Assembly: GCA_963827235.1 (NCBI GenBank)
Contig: CAWHAE010000007.1
Location: 11,726 to 75,725 of the forward strand
Origin: an uncultured bacterium
Lineage (GTDB): Bacteria > Chloroflexota > UBA5177 > JANWHV01
Reading direction: 5' to 3'
Length of the DNA: 64,000 nt
Positions within the stretch are counted from its first letter, which is position 1; the number at the start of each line of letters is the position of its first letter. Shown here piece after piece: positions 51,587 through 61,317 of the stretch. A program made the position numbers and the translations under genes. Below the pieces are notes generated by a model, which saw nothing but the letters and a program-made list of their open reading frames with translations, had not been told where the DNA came from and searched no databases.

Positions 51587-51707
51587 TGCAAGCGCAATTG
51601 CGTGGGTCAGAAGTGTGGGTGCTGCCTGTTGCCCGCTCCACCGGCACACTATCGTGGGAGCGGCCGAGCCTGGGGCGTATCGTGTACACGTGGAGAAGAA
51701 GGTCGTG
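51587..51707 (+). repeat. Copy 2 of the ~120-bp promoter/RBS block
   Basis: Same blocks and same overall length as 38082-38202, ending GGAGAAGAAGGTC-GTG; divergent from the intact XRE-STAND gene. Confidence 0.85.
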
Positions 51708-52245
51708 AAGCGGGGCAAGCGTTGTTGCCGCCGCGGCGAGACGGCCCGCCATGGCTGCGGTCGAGCGCTACAAGCACGAGCGTGGCGTTGCCGGTCGATG
51801 GCTGCTTGCTCGCCCAGTAGCACCGAGAGCCACCCTGCAGGAGCATCGCCCGGTACATTCGTTGGTCTCACTCGCTTGCAGATCTTTTCTGTTCTGTGCA
51901 TCACGAGACTTGACGCTCAGTGATTACGGCGCCGACGCGTGGCAAGTGACTGTGCGCCGGCTCCGGCAGCACGGCATTTGAACCGCATGTCTACTCGGTC
52001 AGGCTAAACCGGCACTGCCGCCGAGAATGAGCCCGCCATCGTACTCGGTGTGATCACCACGCCGATGCCCTACATTTGTAGGGGCGGCATTGCCGAGGCT
52101 GAACATCGGCAGGGACCCGCGCGTGGAACAGCTCAACGCTCGCATCGGGTGAGGTTGCAGCACACACGGTTCAGCGCGGATCTCATCCGCCGCGGTGGCG
52201 CGTGCACCATGAGCATCTTGCGCATGCTGAAAGGGAGTGTGCATC

Positions 52246-54315
52246 GTGTCTAAACACATCGATACCTTGCCGACGGCTCCGCGATGGCGTTTCCGCCAGG
52301 TACATCAGGACTTCCACACGTCGCCCCTTATCCCAGCCGTGGCCGAGGAGTTCGACGCCGACTCCTGGGCACGCCAGCTTCGCGACGCGCACGTCGATTC
52401 CATTACCTGTTTTGCGGTGTGCCATCACGGCATGTGCTACTATCCGACCAAGGTCGGCCTCATGCACCCTCACCTCCGGCGTGATCTGCTGGGCGAGCAA
52501 ATCGAGGCGGCCCATCGCTACGGCATCAACGTTCCGGTGTACATCACCGTCGTGTGGAACGAGCAGCAGGCCGAAGCACACCCCGAGTGGCTGCAACTGC
52601 ATCGGGACGGACGGCGGGTCGGACGCGCGCCCGTGGGCCCGCTGCCTGAGAACACGTGGCAGTGGCTCTGCATGAACAGTCCCTATGCCGAGCATGTCTC
52701 GGCCGTGACCGATGAAGTGCTCTCCAACTATGCTGCGGACGGCCTGTTCTTCGATATCGTGAAGAGCGTGCAGCCGGGCTGCTGCTGCACGTACTGCCTG
52801 AGAGGCATGGCCGCCGAAGGCGTGAATCCGGAGGACGATGCCGCCTTGCATGCCTACACGCTCGCGGCCGAGCGCCGGTTCATGGAGCGGGTCAGCCGGG
52901 AGACGTGGGCGAAACGTCCCGGGTTGCCGATCTTCTTCAATGCGCGGCTGCGCCTGAACGGCAACCCACAGGAAGCCAGCCGTCCCGAGGCGCCGTACTA
53001 CACGCACTGGGAAATCGAGTCGCTCCCCACGGGTGGCTGGGGGTACGCGCACTTTGCCCTCTACAACCGCTTCTTCCAGACCCTGGGCAAGCCGGCGCTG
53101 GGCATGACGGCGGCGTTCCACCGGTCGTGGGCCGATTTCGGCACGGTGAAGAGCCAGGCGGCGCTCGACTACGAGTGCTTCCGTGCGCTCGCGGGTGGCG
53201 CGGGCTGCTCGATCGGGGACCAGTTGCATCCCCGCGGGCTGCTCGAGAAGGAGACCTACACGCGCATTGGAAGAACCTACGCGTCGGTGCAAGCCAAGGA
53301 GCCATGGTGCCGGGATGTCGAGCCACTGGTGGACGTGGCCATTCTGCTGCCGCCAGACAGCGGCACCGGCAACCTGCTAGTGGGGCTGGAGAGTGAGCAG
53401 GGCGCTTTGCACATGCTGCTGGAGCTGGGCGCACAGACCGCGGTGATCGACCAAGCAGGGGATTTCCGAGCCTACCGTGTGATCATTGCGCCCGATCACG
53501 TCCGCCTTGCCGCCGACCTCGAGGCGAAGCTGCGTGACTACGTGGCCGGGGGAGGGGCCGTGCTGTTCAGCCACGAGTCCGGTTTGCGCCCCGACGGATC
53601 CGCCTTTGCCCTGCAGGATCTGATGGGGGTCGAATACCACGGTGCTGGCCGCGACGACGTGGAGTACCTCCGGCCGACCGATGCCCTTGCAGAGGCGATT
53701 CCGGCGATGGATCATGCGCTCTACGACCGCGGCAGCGCTGTGCGCGCGGTAGACGGGACCGAGGTACTGGCGGAGATAGTCTCCCCGTACTTCTCGCGCA
53801 GCTGGGCGCACTTCTCCTCGCACGCGCAGACGCCGCCCGATCCGACCAGCGTGCCGGGCCTAGCCGCCGCCACGTTGCGCGGACGGGTGGCCTACCTGTC
53901 CCACCCACTCTTCAGGTCCTACCAGGCCAGGGGCTATCCAGTCTACCGGCAGATCGTCGGTGCCCTGCTGTGGCGGTTGCTCCCCGATCCGACCGTGCGT
54001 GCCACAGTGCCGACCACCGTTGAGGTCAGCGTGCTGCGCCAGCCCGCGGCTGCCGACCGCGATTCGCCAGAGCGCCTTGTCTGCCACCTGTTGCACTACG
54101 TGCCGCAGCGACGCACGCCGGACCTCGACCTCGTGGAAGATGTGATCCCGCTGCGCGACGTGCCCATGGCCGTGCGCACTGGCTGGAAGCCGAACGTGGC
54201 TTACCTTGCCCCGAGTCGCTTGACGCTCGACACCACGATGCATGGTGAGTACGCCCGCGTGATCGTGCCGGAAGTCGACGGCCACGCGATGGTCGTGTTC
54301 GAGCGGGGCCGATGA
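52246..54315 (+). CDS. GH151-like alpha-L-fucosidase / GHL6 hydrolase with beta-galactosidase trimerisation domain
   Basis: FRQVHQDFHTS, SITCFAVCHHG, DGLFFDI, EIESLPTGGWGY, FHRSWADFG, SIGDQLHP. Confidence 0.8.
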   Translation: MSKHIDTLPTAPRWRFRQVHQDFHTSPLIPAVAEEFDADSWARQLRDAHVDSITCFAVCHHGMCYYPTKVGLMHPHLRRDLLGEQIEAAHRYGINVPVYITVVWNEQQAEAHPEWLQLHRDGRRVGRAPVGPLPENTWQWLCMNSPYAEHVSAVTDEVLSNYAADGLFFDIVKSVQPGCCCTYCLRGMAAEGVNPEDDAALHAYTLAAERRFMERVSRETWAKRPGLPIFFNARLRLNGNPQEASRPEAPYYTHWEIESLPTGGWGYAHFALYNRFFQTLGKPALGMTAAFHRSWADFGTVKSQAALDYECFRALAGGAGCSIGDQLHPRGLLEKETYTRIGRTYASVQAKEPWCRDVEPLVDVAILLPPDSGTGNLLVGLESEQGALHMLLELGAQTAVIDQAGDFRAYRVIIAPDHVRLAADLEAKLRDYVAGGGAVLFSHESGLRPDGSAFALQDLMGVEYHGAGRDDVEYLRPTDALAEAIPAMDHALYDRGSAVRAVDGTEVLAEIVSPYFSRSWAHFSSHAQTPPDPTSVPGLAAATLRGRVAYLSHPLFRSYQARGYPVYRQIVGALLWRLLPDPTVRATVPTTVEVSVLRQPAAADRDSPERLVCHLLHYVPQRRTPDLDLVEDVIPLRDVPMAVRTGWKPNVAYLAPSRLTLDTTMHGEYARVIVPEVDGHAMVVFERGR

Positions 54316-54647
54316 AGCCGGTGCCACAAGCAGCGCCTCCACAGACGGGGAGCCTGCGGCTAGGCGCGTCGTCGCTCAAGATCTGCGCTCAGGGCACGTG
54401 CGTCCCGGTAAATAGTCCTGTCACCCGAAGCCAGCTAGCGCACGCCACGCGGTCGAGCGGCCCCACGCATGATCATGCAGAATCGCCTAGCGCAGCAAGG
54501 TCCTCCGCCGCGTCGGCCCGCATCGCGAAACCACTCAGATCGACACGAGCCTCCACCCGGCGGTCGTGACAGACCGTGACTGCCGGTAGTGGTCCGGTCC
54601 AGCGGTGGCGGCAGGCAGCATCCAGCCCTCCGCGCCGCGATCCGGCA

Positions 54648-55505
54648 CTATGCCGTCGGCACCTGCCCAGCGTCTGCAAGCCGCCGCTTGGCGTCAGCGT
54701 AGACATCGGCAGGTAGCGGGCCGGACTCAGCCGCCCGCAGGTTGTCCGCCAGGTGCTCGGGTCGCACGGTGCCCGCAATGGTCGTGTGCAGGTCGGGGTG
54801 ACTCAACGTGAAGCGCAGCAAGAACGCTGTGCGGCTCTCACCCGGCGCGCGCAGGTCGTCCAGCCCAGCTCGCTCCCAGACGGCCCAGCGCTCCTCGCTT
54901 CCCAGCCCCTCCTCGCCCGGCGCCCCCCGCGCCACCCCGCCGCGGATGATCGTGCCCGCGCCGGCCCGCGCCGCCGCGCTAATTGCCTCCTCGTGCTCGC
55001 GCTCGAGCGCTGAGTAGGGGATTTGGAAAGCGTCGAAGACGCCCCAGTCGATGAAGTGTGGCAGGTGCGGCAAGGTCGAGGAGCAGCCGATGAAGCGCGC
55101 TTTGCCCGCGGACTTGATGTCTTGCAGCACCGTCACGAGGTCGCCCTGCTCCACCTGCTCGACGGACGGGTTATGCAGCTGCAGCAGGTCGACATAGTCG
55201 GTGCGCAGCCGCCGCAAGCTCTCTTCGATGTTACGGAGCAGGTTCTCCCGCGTCCAGACATGTGGTGTCTCGTCGTGGTCGCCGGCAGGGACCACGGTAC
55301 AGCCGCACTTGGAGGCCAAGAAGTATTCGCCACGGCGGTTCGCGATGAAGCGTCCAATATACTCCTCGCTGCGCCCGTAGTCGTAGGCAGTATCAATAAG
55401 GTTGATGCCGGCATCAAGGACCGCATTGAGGATGCGCTCCGCCTGCGCGTCTCCAACCGGCCGCCCGTTCCAGATGCGGGAGCCACGGATCTCCATGGCG
55501 CCGAA
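54648..55505 (-). CDS. Aldo/keto reductase, apparently missing its N-terminal residues
   Basis: FGAMEIRG, GINLIDTAYDYGRSEE, SLRRLRTDYVDLLQLH. The usual RxLGxTG start is absent, so it may be a pseudogene. Confidence 0.75.
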   Translation of the reverse strand, partial: FGAMEIRGSRIWNGRPVGDAQAERILNAVLDAGINLIDTAYDYGRSEEYIGRFIANRRGEYFLASKCGCTVVPAGDHDETPHVWTRENLLRNIEESLRRLRTDYVDLLQLHNPSVEQVEQGDLVTVLQDIKSAGKARFIGCSSTLPHLPHFIDWGVFDAFQIPYSALEREHEEAISAAARAGAGTIIRGGVARGAPGEEGLGSEERWAVWERAGLDDLRAPGESRTAFLLRFTLSHPDLHTTIAGTVRPEHLADNLRAAESGPLPADVYADAKRRLADAGQVPTA

Positions 55506-56012
55506 GTCCTGCGCGCAAAGACCACAGTAGCGAATCCTGGCGGATTCTGCTTCGTTTCAGCCTCATCGGCGCATCACGGGCAGATCGCCGCGGCATCCGC
55601 TGAGCGCCAAGACGCTTGCCCGGCATGCTTCGGGGGCCGGCGCGTTCGACTTCACAGGGCTCGAGAACACGAGCAGCGCTGCGGATCCGTCGGATCGCTC
55701 ATGCTGCCGATAGGCCTGCGGCAGTCGCCGCCCAGAGCGTCAGTCAGGAAACACAGACATTCTGATTCGCGCGCGTTCGTGCTAGCGACGGTGCGCAGGG
55801 CTTGCGCCGAAATGGCTGCCGCTCGTGCTGCCAGGCAGCCATTGAAGAGGCGCATCCGGCGATGCCATCACGTAACGGCGATGGTCTGCGCCGGCGGTCT
55901 GGGAACGCCAACGCAGGAGTGAGCGTGGCAGGCGCGTAACGGCCGGCGTGCCGCCCACGGGCGTGTCTAGCTCCGGCCAATCGGTCCGCAGCGGGGTCGG
56001 TGGCGCGCCGCT

Positions 56013-56182
56013 CTTGTGCGCGTTTCAGGCACCGTCCTTACACAAGATGCTACGACGACCAGAGGATCGCTCGCGCACGGCCAGGGGACGCTCGCGGAAT
56101 GCGCCGGTCCTATGCTGGGACAGTGCCCCGTCATCGGATCCGCCCACCGTGAGCGGAAATGGGGCCGGGAAGGAAGAAGATA
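56013..56182 (+). promoter_or_regulatory. Conserved operator/promoter/leader element, copy B
   Basis: CTTGTG-N22-CACAAG, CCAGAGGA, GACGCT-N18-TATGCT, GTGCCCCG, CCGCCCAC-N5-GCGGAAA, then RBS; colinear with 61058-60886 on the minus strand. Confidence 0.8.
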
Positions 56183-56827
56183 ATGGCACGAAACCATACC
56201 GTTAGTCCGCACGGAGCCCTGTTGCGCATAGCCGCCATAGCGTTGCCGGCCGCCCTGGTGATGGCGGTGAGCGGCGCGCCTCGCGCTGGGCAAGCAGCGC
56301 CCGATAGATCCCTGCGCATGCGAACGTGTTTCATGTGCCGCTTGCAAAGGCCCACCATCTCGGTCAGCAATCTGGTGAGCGATCCAAACGGAACGGCTGA
56401 CACTGGCTACTTGCAGGTCGATCCGTCCTCGGCCAGCGTCGACGTCGCCGGCGCCCGCTTCACGCCCGGCGACCCGGTGCACGTCGAGCTTATCTCGGAG
56501 TCTCCCGACGCCGGGCCGCTGATGGCCGAGGGCAATACGACGGCCAGCTATGCGCTGACCATCCCGTTGGGCGACGGCCAGTATGTACACATACCTGGCG
56601 GCAGTTTCACGATCGCTCTCACCCCCGATCCGAGCTCGGCAGTGGCGTGCAACTGGCAGCAGATGAATGCATTCATCGTAGCCACCGATACGAGCAGCGG
56701 GGCCCGAGCCTCTACGGCTCCGCTGGCCATCGGAGCCTGGTGGGAAAACAATGAGGTCTTGCCTCGGGCATGCCCGACGGACACGCCCGAGACTACGGCT
56801 ACGGTCACGCCGGGACCTAGCATGTGA
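56183..56827 (+). CDS. Secreted hypothetical protein
   Basis: Signal peptide (LLRIAAIALPAALVMAVSG), beta-rich mature part, Pro/Thr tail; RBS GGAAGGAAG. Confidence 0.7.
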   Translation: MARNHTVSPHGALLRIAAIALPAALVMAVSGAPRAGQAAPDRSLRMRTCFMCRLQRPTISVSNLVSDPNGTADTGYLQVDPSSASVDVAGARFTPGDPVHVELISESPDAGPLMAEGNTTASYALTIPLGDGQYVHIPGGSFTIALTPDPSSAVACNWQQMNAFIVATDTSSGARASTAPLAIGAWWENNEVLPRACPTDTPETTATVTPGPSM

Positions 56828-56926
56828 GCCTGGGGAGCGCCATTGTCGATTCCCGCTACCCGCGGCGGGATTATGCAGCGCTTCGAGCGCAACGAAGCGG
56901 TGACAAACCAAGAAAGGGAGTGCGAG

Positions 56927-59065
56927 ATGACAGGCATGAGACTGGTAAGGATCTTGATAGCCCCGGTTGTGCTATGCGCGGCGATCATGCACGGAGACGG
57001 CGCCGCGCGAGCCGACGATAACAATCCAGGCGGCTTTCCAGCCGCAGCACAGCAAGCGACGGGAATGCCCAGTGACGGGATGTATGGCACCGGCGCGGAC
57101 ATCGATCCGTCGGGCGACGCGCTGCACACGACGATCACCGTGCAGACACACATCTCGTCGGTTGGGGTGCCTCCGCTGACCGGCGACCAACTGCCCGGGA
57201 GAGCCGACCTCTCCGCGTACAATCCGCCTGTGGGGGCGCAAGGTGGGGTTGGCTCTTGCGCTTCGTGGGCGATCGGCTATTACCTGGCCGGCTGGTGGGC
57301 CAGGGCGGGCGGTTACTACCCGGCAGCCGTTGCAGCCGGCCCCGGCGGTTTTGCTCCGATGTACCTCTACAGCCAGATTAGCGCCACCAAGAGCCATGGC
57401 CAGGACAACGGATCTACTCTCGACGATAACCTCTCCCTCCTGCAGCAACAGGGCATTGACGCCGAATCCGATTACACGCAGGGCACGCAGGACTTCACGG
57501 ACCTGCCAACGACCAGCGAGGGCGCCAACGCCTCGCAGTACAAGGTCGCATCGTACCAGACGGTGCTGAAGGATCAACTGGATCACGCCCACATGTCGGT
57601 GGAAGACTATGTTCGTACCAACATTGCCAATGGCAGCCCGGTGGTCATTGCGATGAAGGTCGACCAGCCCTTTATCAACAATGGCAACGCCAGCTACTCC
57701 TACTTCGACAGCATGGGCGGCGCCAATCCGCAGGGACATGCAATGTTCGCCAGCGCCTACGACGAGAATGGGCTCTGGGTCGAGAACTCGTGGGGCACGG
57801 GTTGGGGCCATAATGGCTACGCGGAGCTGAGCTGGAACTTGGTTAACAGCGCGGTGCTCGAGATCGGCACGCTACTTCCTGGTACGGCTCGCAACGCGAT
57901 CCCGGCGCCCGCGGGCGCGCAGGTTGCGCTGGTTGCGCGCAACAGCCAGCAGGAGGATGCGTTCTTCGCCGGCAGCAACGGCGCGCTGTTCACCACCTAC
58001 GAGGTCAACGACGGCGCCTGGAGTGCGCCAATCGCGCTGACAGCAGCTGGTGTGGCCCCGGCGGGTGCACCGGTCGCGGCGTCCGTGCGCAACGATCACC
58101 AGGAGGATGTCTTCTATGTGGGCAACGACGGCAAACTGTATACCCTGTTCGAGGCGAACGACGGACCCTGGAGCGCACCGATAGCCCTCACCACCGCGTT
58201 CAGAGTGCGAACGTCGCTCCCAGGGCGAGCGCTGCAATTCCGCAGTCTAGGCGTCGTCTCGCCCGGAGCCGACATCGCCGTAGCGGTGCGCAACGACCAG
58301 CAGGAGGACGTGTTCTTCATAGGTGGCAACGGCGTGCTTTACACGCTGTTCGAGGCGAACGACGGTGCTTGGAGTGATCCGATCGCACTGACAGCGGCAG
58401 GCGCGGCGCCGGCGAATGCCCCAATCGCAGCGGCCGTGCGTAACGATCATCAGGAAGACGTCTTCTACGCCGGCAGTGACGGTGCGCTCTACACCATCTA
58501 CGAGGTGAGCGGCGGCGCCTGGAGCGCACCACTCCAGATCACTAACATCAATATCGCTCGGCCCTTCACCAATTTCGGGCGGTACTTGCCCGGGCGCGCC
58601 CCAAGCGTGAACGTGGCGCCGGCCGGCGCCCATCTAGCGGCCGTGGTACGTAACGACCATCAAGAGGACGTCTTCTTTGCGGCCAACAACGGCGCTCTGT
58701 ACACGAACTATGAGGTCAACGATGGCGCCTGGAGCACGCCGATAGCGCTTACCGCGGCGAACGTACTCCCGGCCGGTGGCATGGTGGCCGGAGTTGTACG
58801 CAATGACCATCAGGAGGATGTGTTCTTTGTCGGCCAGGATGGTGCGTTGTACACGACCTTTGAGGCTCAAGATGGTCCCTGGAGCGATGCGATTGCGTTG
58901 AGCCAAGCCGGACTAGCTCCTGCCGGCGCCGCACTGGCCGCAGCCAGACGCAACGACCACCAGGAAGACGTGTTCCTCGCCAGTGCCGGCGGTGCGTTGG
59001 CCACCGCGGACGAGGTGCGTGATGGAGGCTGGGTGCTGATCTCGCCACTCCTCGGCTTCAGCTGA
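56927..59065 (+). CDS. Secreted C1A (papain-family) cysteine protease with a 7-repeat lectin-like beta-propeller
   Basis: Signal peptide; QGGVGSCASWA (Gln/Cys), GHAM (His), ENSWG (Asn); seven RN(D/S)xQED(V/A)F...G.L...E..(D/G)G.W repeats. Confidence 0.88.
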   Translation: MTGMRLVRILIAPVVLCAAIMHGDGAARADDNNPGGFPAAAQQATGMPSDGMYGTGADIDPSGDALHTTITVQTHISSVGVPPLTGDQLPGRADLSAYNPPVGAQGGVGSCASWAIGYYLAGWWARAGGYYPAAVAAGPGGFAPMYLYSQISATKSHGQDNGSTLDDNLSLLQQQGIDAESDYTQGTQDFTDLPTTSEGANASQYKVASYQTVLKDQLDHAHMSVEDYVRTNIANGSPVVIAMKVDQPFINNGNASYSYFDSMGGANPQGHAMFASAYDENGLWVENSWGTGWGHNGYAELSWNLVNSAVLEIGTLLPGTARNAIPAPAGAQVALVARNSQQEDAFFAGSNGALFTTYEVNDGAWSAPIALTAAGVAPAGAPVAASVRNDHQEDVFYVGNDGKLYTLFEANDGPWSAPIALTTAFRVRTSLPGRALQFRSLGVVSPGADIAVAVRNDQQEDVFFIGGNGVLYTLFEANDGAWSDPIALTAAGAAPANAPIAAAVRNDHQEDVFYAGSDGALYTIYEVSGGAWSAPLQITNINIARPFTNFGRYLPGRAPSVNVAPAGAHLAAVVRNDHQEDVFFAANNGALYTNYEVNDGAWSTPIALTAANVLPAGGMVAGVVRNDHQEDVFFVGQDGALYTTFEAQDGPWSDAIALSQAGLAPAGAALAAARRNDHQEDVFLASAGGALATADEVRDGGWVLISPLLGFS

Positions 59066-59099
59066 GCGGACTGCTCGTTCAATCCTGCCCATGCAAACC

Positions 59100-59137
59100 T
59101 GGCCCGGCCGAGTGGCGGATTCACTTCGGCCGGGCCA
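59100..59137 (+). terminator. GC-rich hairpin after the protease gene
   Basis: TGGCCCGGCCGAGTG-loop-CACTTCGGCCGGGCCA, 35 bp after the stop codon; no clear U-tract on the plus strand. Confidence 0.6.
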
Positions 59138-59811
59138 AATCGTTCGTGAGCGACGGGCTCTGCCCCAGCGCAGCCGAGGAAACCTGTGGCTGTCCGTGTC
59201 TTCACGAGGCACGGCCATGGCACCGCCGTCAACCTGGGCATCGGGTCGAACACCAACACGTGCACGGCCGCGAGAGGGGCAAGAACAGCAGTTGATTGCC
59301 GGCCACGCAGGTGCGCCGTGCAAGAGGGTGCGGGTCGGCCAGTCAGGTAATCGACCACTCGGCTCGGCCAAGGCGCATTGGCCGTAGGCCCAGAGACTCA
59401 GGGGGCCGGTAGTCGTCCCGCTGTCGGCAACGGCCCGGACGGCGGTGGGGCCGTGGACCACCCCGTTGTCCAGAAAACTGCAAGGCAGCAGCCTGGATCC
59501 CAGAGGTCCAGGACCCGCACGACCTGGTGGTGGCGGGCCAACTGGCTCACTCCTGGGTCCAGGTCACGCCGGCCGTTCTGTCTCGACTGCACGTCGCGGC
59601 GGCTGCCTTCGGTGGCCCGGCGACGCCGATAGCTGTAGACGGCCGACCTCACCTGCCTTGGCGGCCAGGGATAGGCCAGCACCTGCCAGGCGCCATCACC
59701 GATCAGGTAGTGGGCAGCCGAGTGTGATGCTGCGGGACTGCCTTGCCCAGGCACAGCATGGCCGCCGCGACAATCCCGCCGCGGCGGCCGTGCTGTGCCG
59801 GAGAACCGGAC

Positions 59812-60885
59812 TCAGAGGGGAGTGACCGGCTCCGGGCTGCGCAGGAACACGTGTGTGAAGACTTCCCAGCCGTATCGCACCATGTTCGGCCCCTCCCAAT
59901 CGCTAGGAGCCGCCACGCAGGTGCCCAGCGCGATGCAGATGTGGCTGTTGGCGTCAATCTTGTTCTTGCTCACCGGGCTCACGTCGATCATGCCGTCGCC
60001 CGTCTGGTAGCCGTCATGCTTGAGCCAGAGGAGGTCACCGGCCTTGTTGACGGCGTAGATGACGCCATGTGGGCCGGCCATCACCTGTGTGTAGTCTCCG
60101 AAACCGCGGCCCACCACCTTGGGACCTTCCCAGCTGAAGTCGCCCGTCTGGTAGCCATCGTGCTTGTACCACAGCAGCTCGCCAGCCGTGTTGATGGCGT
60201 AGATGACCCCGTCGCTGCCCGCGAATATGTGAGTGAAGTCTCCCCAACCGTAGCCCACCACGTGTGGACCCTCCCAATTGAAGTCGCCCGTGGCGTAGCC
60301 ATCGTGCCGGTACCAGAGTAGCTCGCCGGAGCTGTCCACGGCGTAGATCACTCCGCCGAGTCCGATGCCGTAGTTGACGGTCATGCCGAACACCTGGGTG
60401 AAATCGCCCCACCCGGTCCCCACCTGGTTTGGGCCCTCCCAGTTGCCGACGGTGTGATCGTCGCAGGTGACGAAGCCGTCATGCTTGTACCACATCAGGT
60501 TGCCGTTCTGGTCGATGCCGTAGATGGCCCCGGCGACAGAGAAGACCTTGGCATACGCGTCCCACCCGCCGAGACTCACGGGACCACCAAACTGCCACGC
60601 GCCGGGCGTATACACCGATTGGCCCGACGCGTAGCCGTTGTGCCGGAAGCAATACAGGTTGCCGTCCTGACCGACACCGTAGAGAAAGTACGCGTCCCAT
60701 GGATCGGTGTTGGTCGCGTGGGCGACGCTCTGGCGCACCCCCGCTCCCACCGTTGCCGCAGCCGTGGTGCCGAGGAATACCACGCCGGCCAGCAGCAGTC
60801 GCCCGGCCAGCTCCCGTAGCCGCCCGCGCTTGACCGGCGTCTCAGTTGCCTGTGAGATCGGTTGCCCTGTTGCCGTATCTACCAT
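59812..60885 (-). CDS. Secreted tachylectin-2-like repeat (beta-propeller) protein
   Basis: Signal peptide ending AHA; five repeats of IYA/G...G.L.WY.HDG...WEGP..VG.GW..(F/Y)T.VF; RBS GGAGGAG before ATG 60885. Confidence 0.82.
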   Translation of the reverse strand: MVDTATGQPISQATETPVKRGRLRELAGRLLLAGVVFLGTTAAATVGAGVRQSVAHATNTDPWDAYFLYGVGQDGNLYCFRHNGYASGQSVYTPGAWQFGGPVSLGGWDAYAKVFSVAGAIYGIDQNGNLMWYKHDGFVTCDDHTVGNWEGPNQVGTGWGDFTQVFGMTVNYGIGLGGVIYAVDSSGELLWYRHDGYATGDFNWEGPHVVGYGWGDFTHIFAGSDGVIYAINTAGELLWYKHDGYQTGDFSWEGPKVVGRGFGDYTQVMAGPHGVIYAVNKAGDLLWLKHDGYQTGDGMIDVSPVSKNKIDANSHICIALGTCVAAPSDWEGPNMVRYGWEVFTHVFLRSPEPVTPL

Positions 60886-61058
60886 TGACCCTTCTCCTCC
60901 GCGTGTCCCCTGTTTCCGCCTCGCGTGGGCGGGACTCTGTTCGGAGCACGTCACCAGCCTACGCCGCTGCAGTCTCGTCAGCGTCATCGATGCAGTGCCA
61001 CGGCGTCCTCTGGCGACGGGGTTGCTTGTGTAAGGCCACGGGTCATATCTTGCACAAG
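60886..61058 (-). promoter_or_regulatory. Conserved operator/promoter/leader element, copy A
   Basis: Minus strand: CTTGTG-N22-CACAAG, CCAGAGGA, GACGCT-N18-TAGGCT, GTGCTCCG, CCGCCCAC-N5-GCGGAAA, GGAGGAG. Confidence 0.8.
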
Positions 61059-61317
61059 CGTGGGTAGCAGATATCGATCAGATTCCTATACTGGAGGTAG
61101 TGTCGTCTCAGCGCGCTTGTGTTGAAATTAACCGTCTCCAATTCAGATGAAATTGGCCTCCAGTCCGCGTACTCACACAGTGGGTCCGTGGATGGCGGCC
61201 AACCCGCTGCGGAGACTGCCCCGGGCTAGTGTGGTGGCGCGACAGCAGTTGATCCCGTGAGTTCATCCGCTGAGGAGGCTGCGCCCGCAGCCGCCGTCAT
61301 GCAGGAGCGCAGGTCTT

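Noticed and set aside
51486-51752. Extended N-terminus of the XRE-STAND ORF
   Set aside because: It overlaps the duplicated promoter block; domain homology begins only after Met at 51485.
59170-59760. Possible CHAT-domain or other gene remnant (LVFDPMPRLTAVPWPCL)
   Set aside because: A single weak motif with no catalytic His/Cys motifs or coherent frame.
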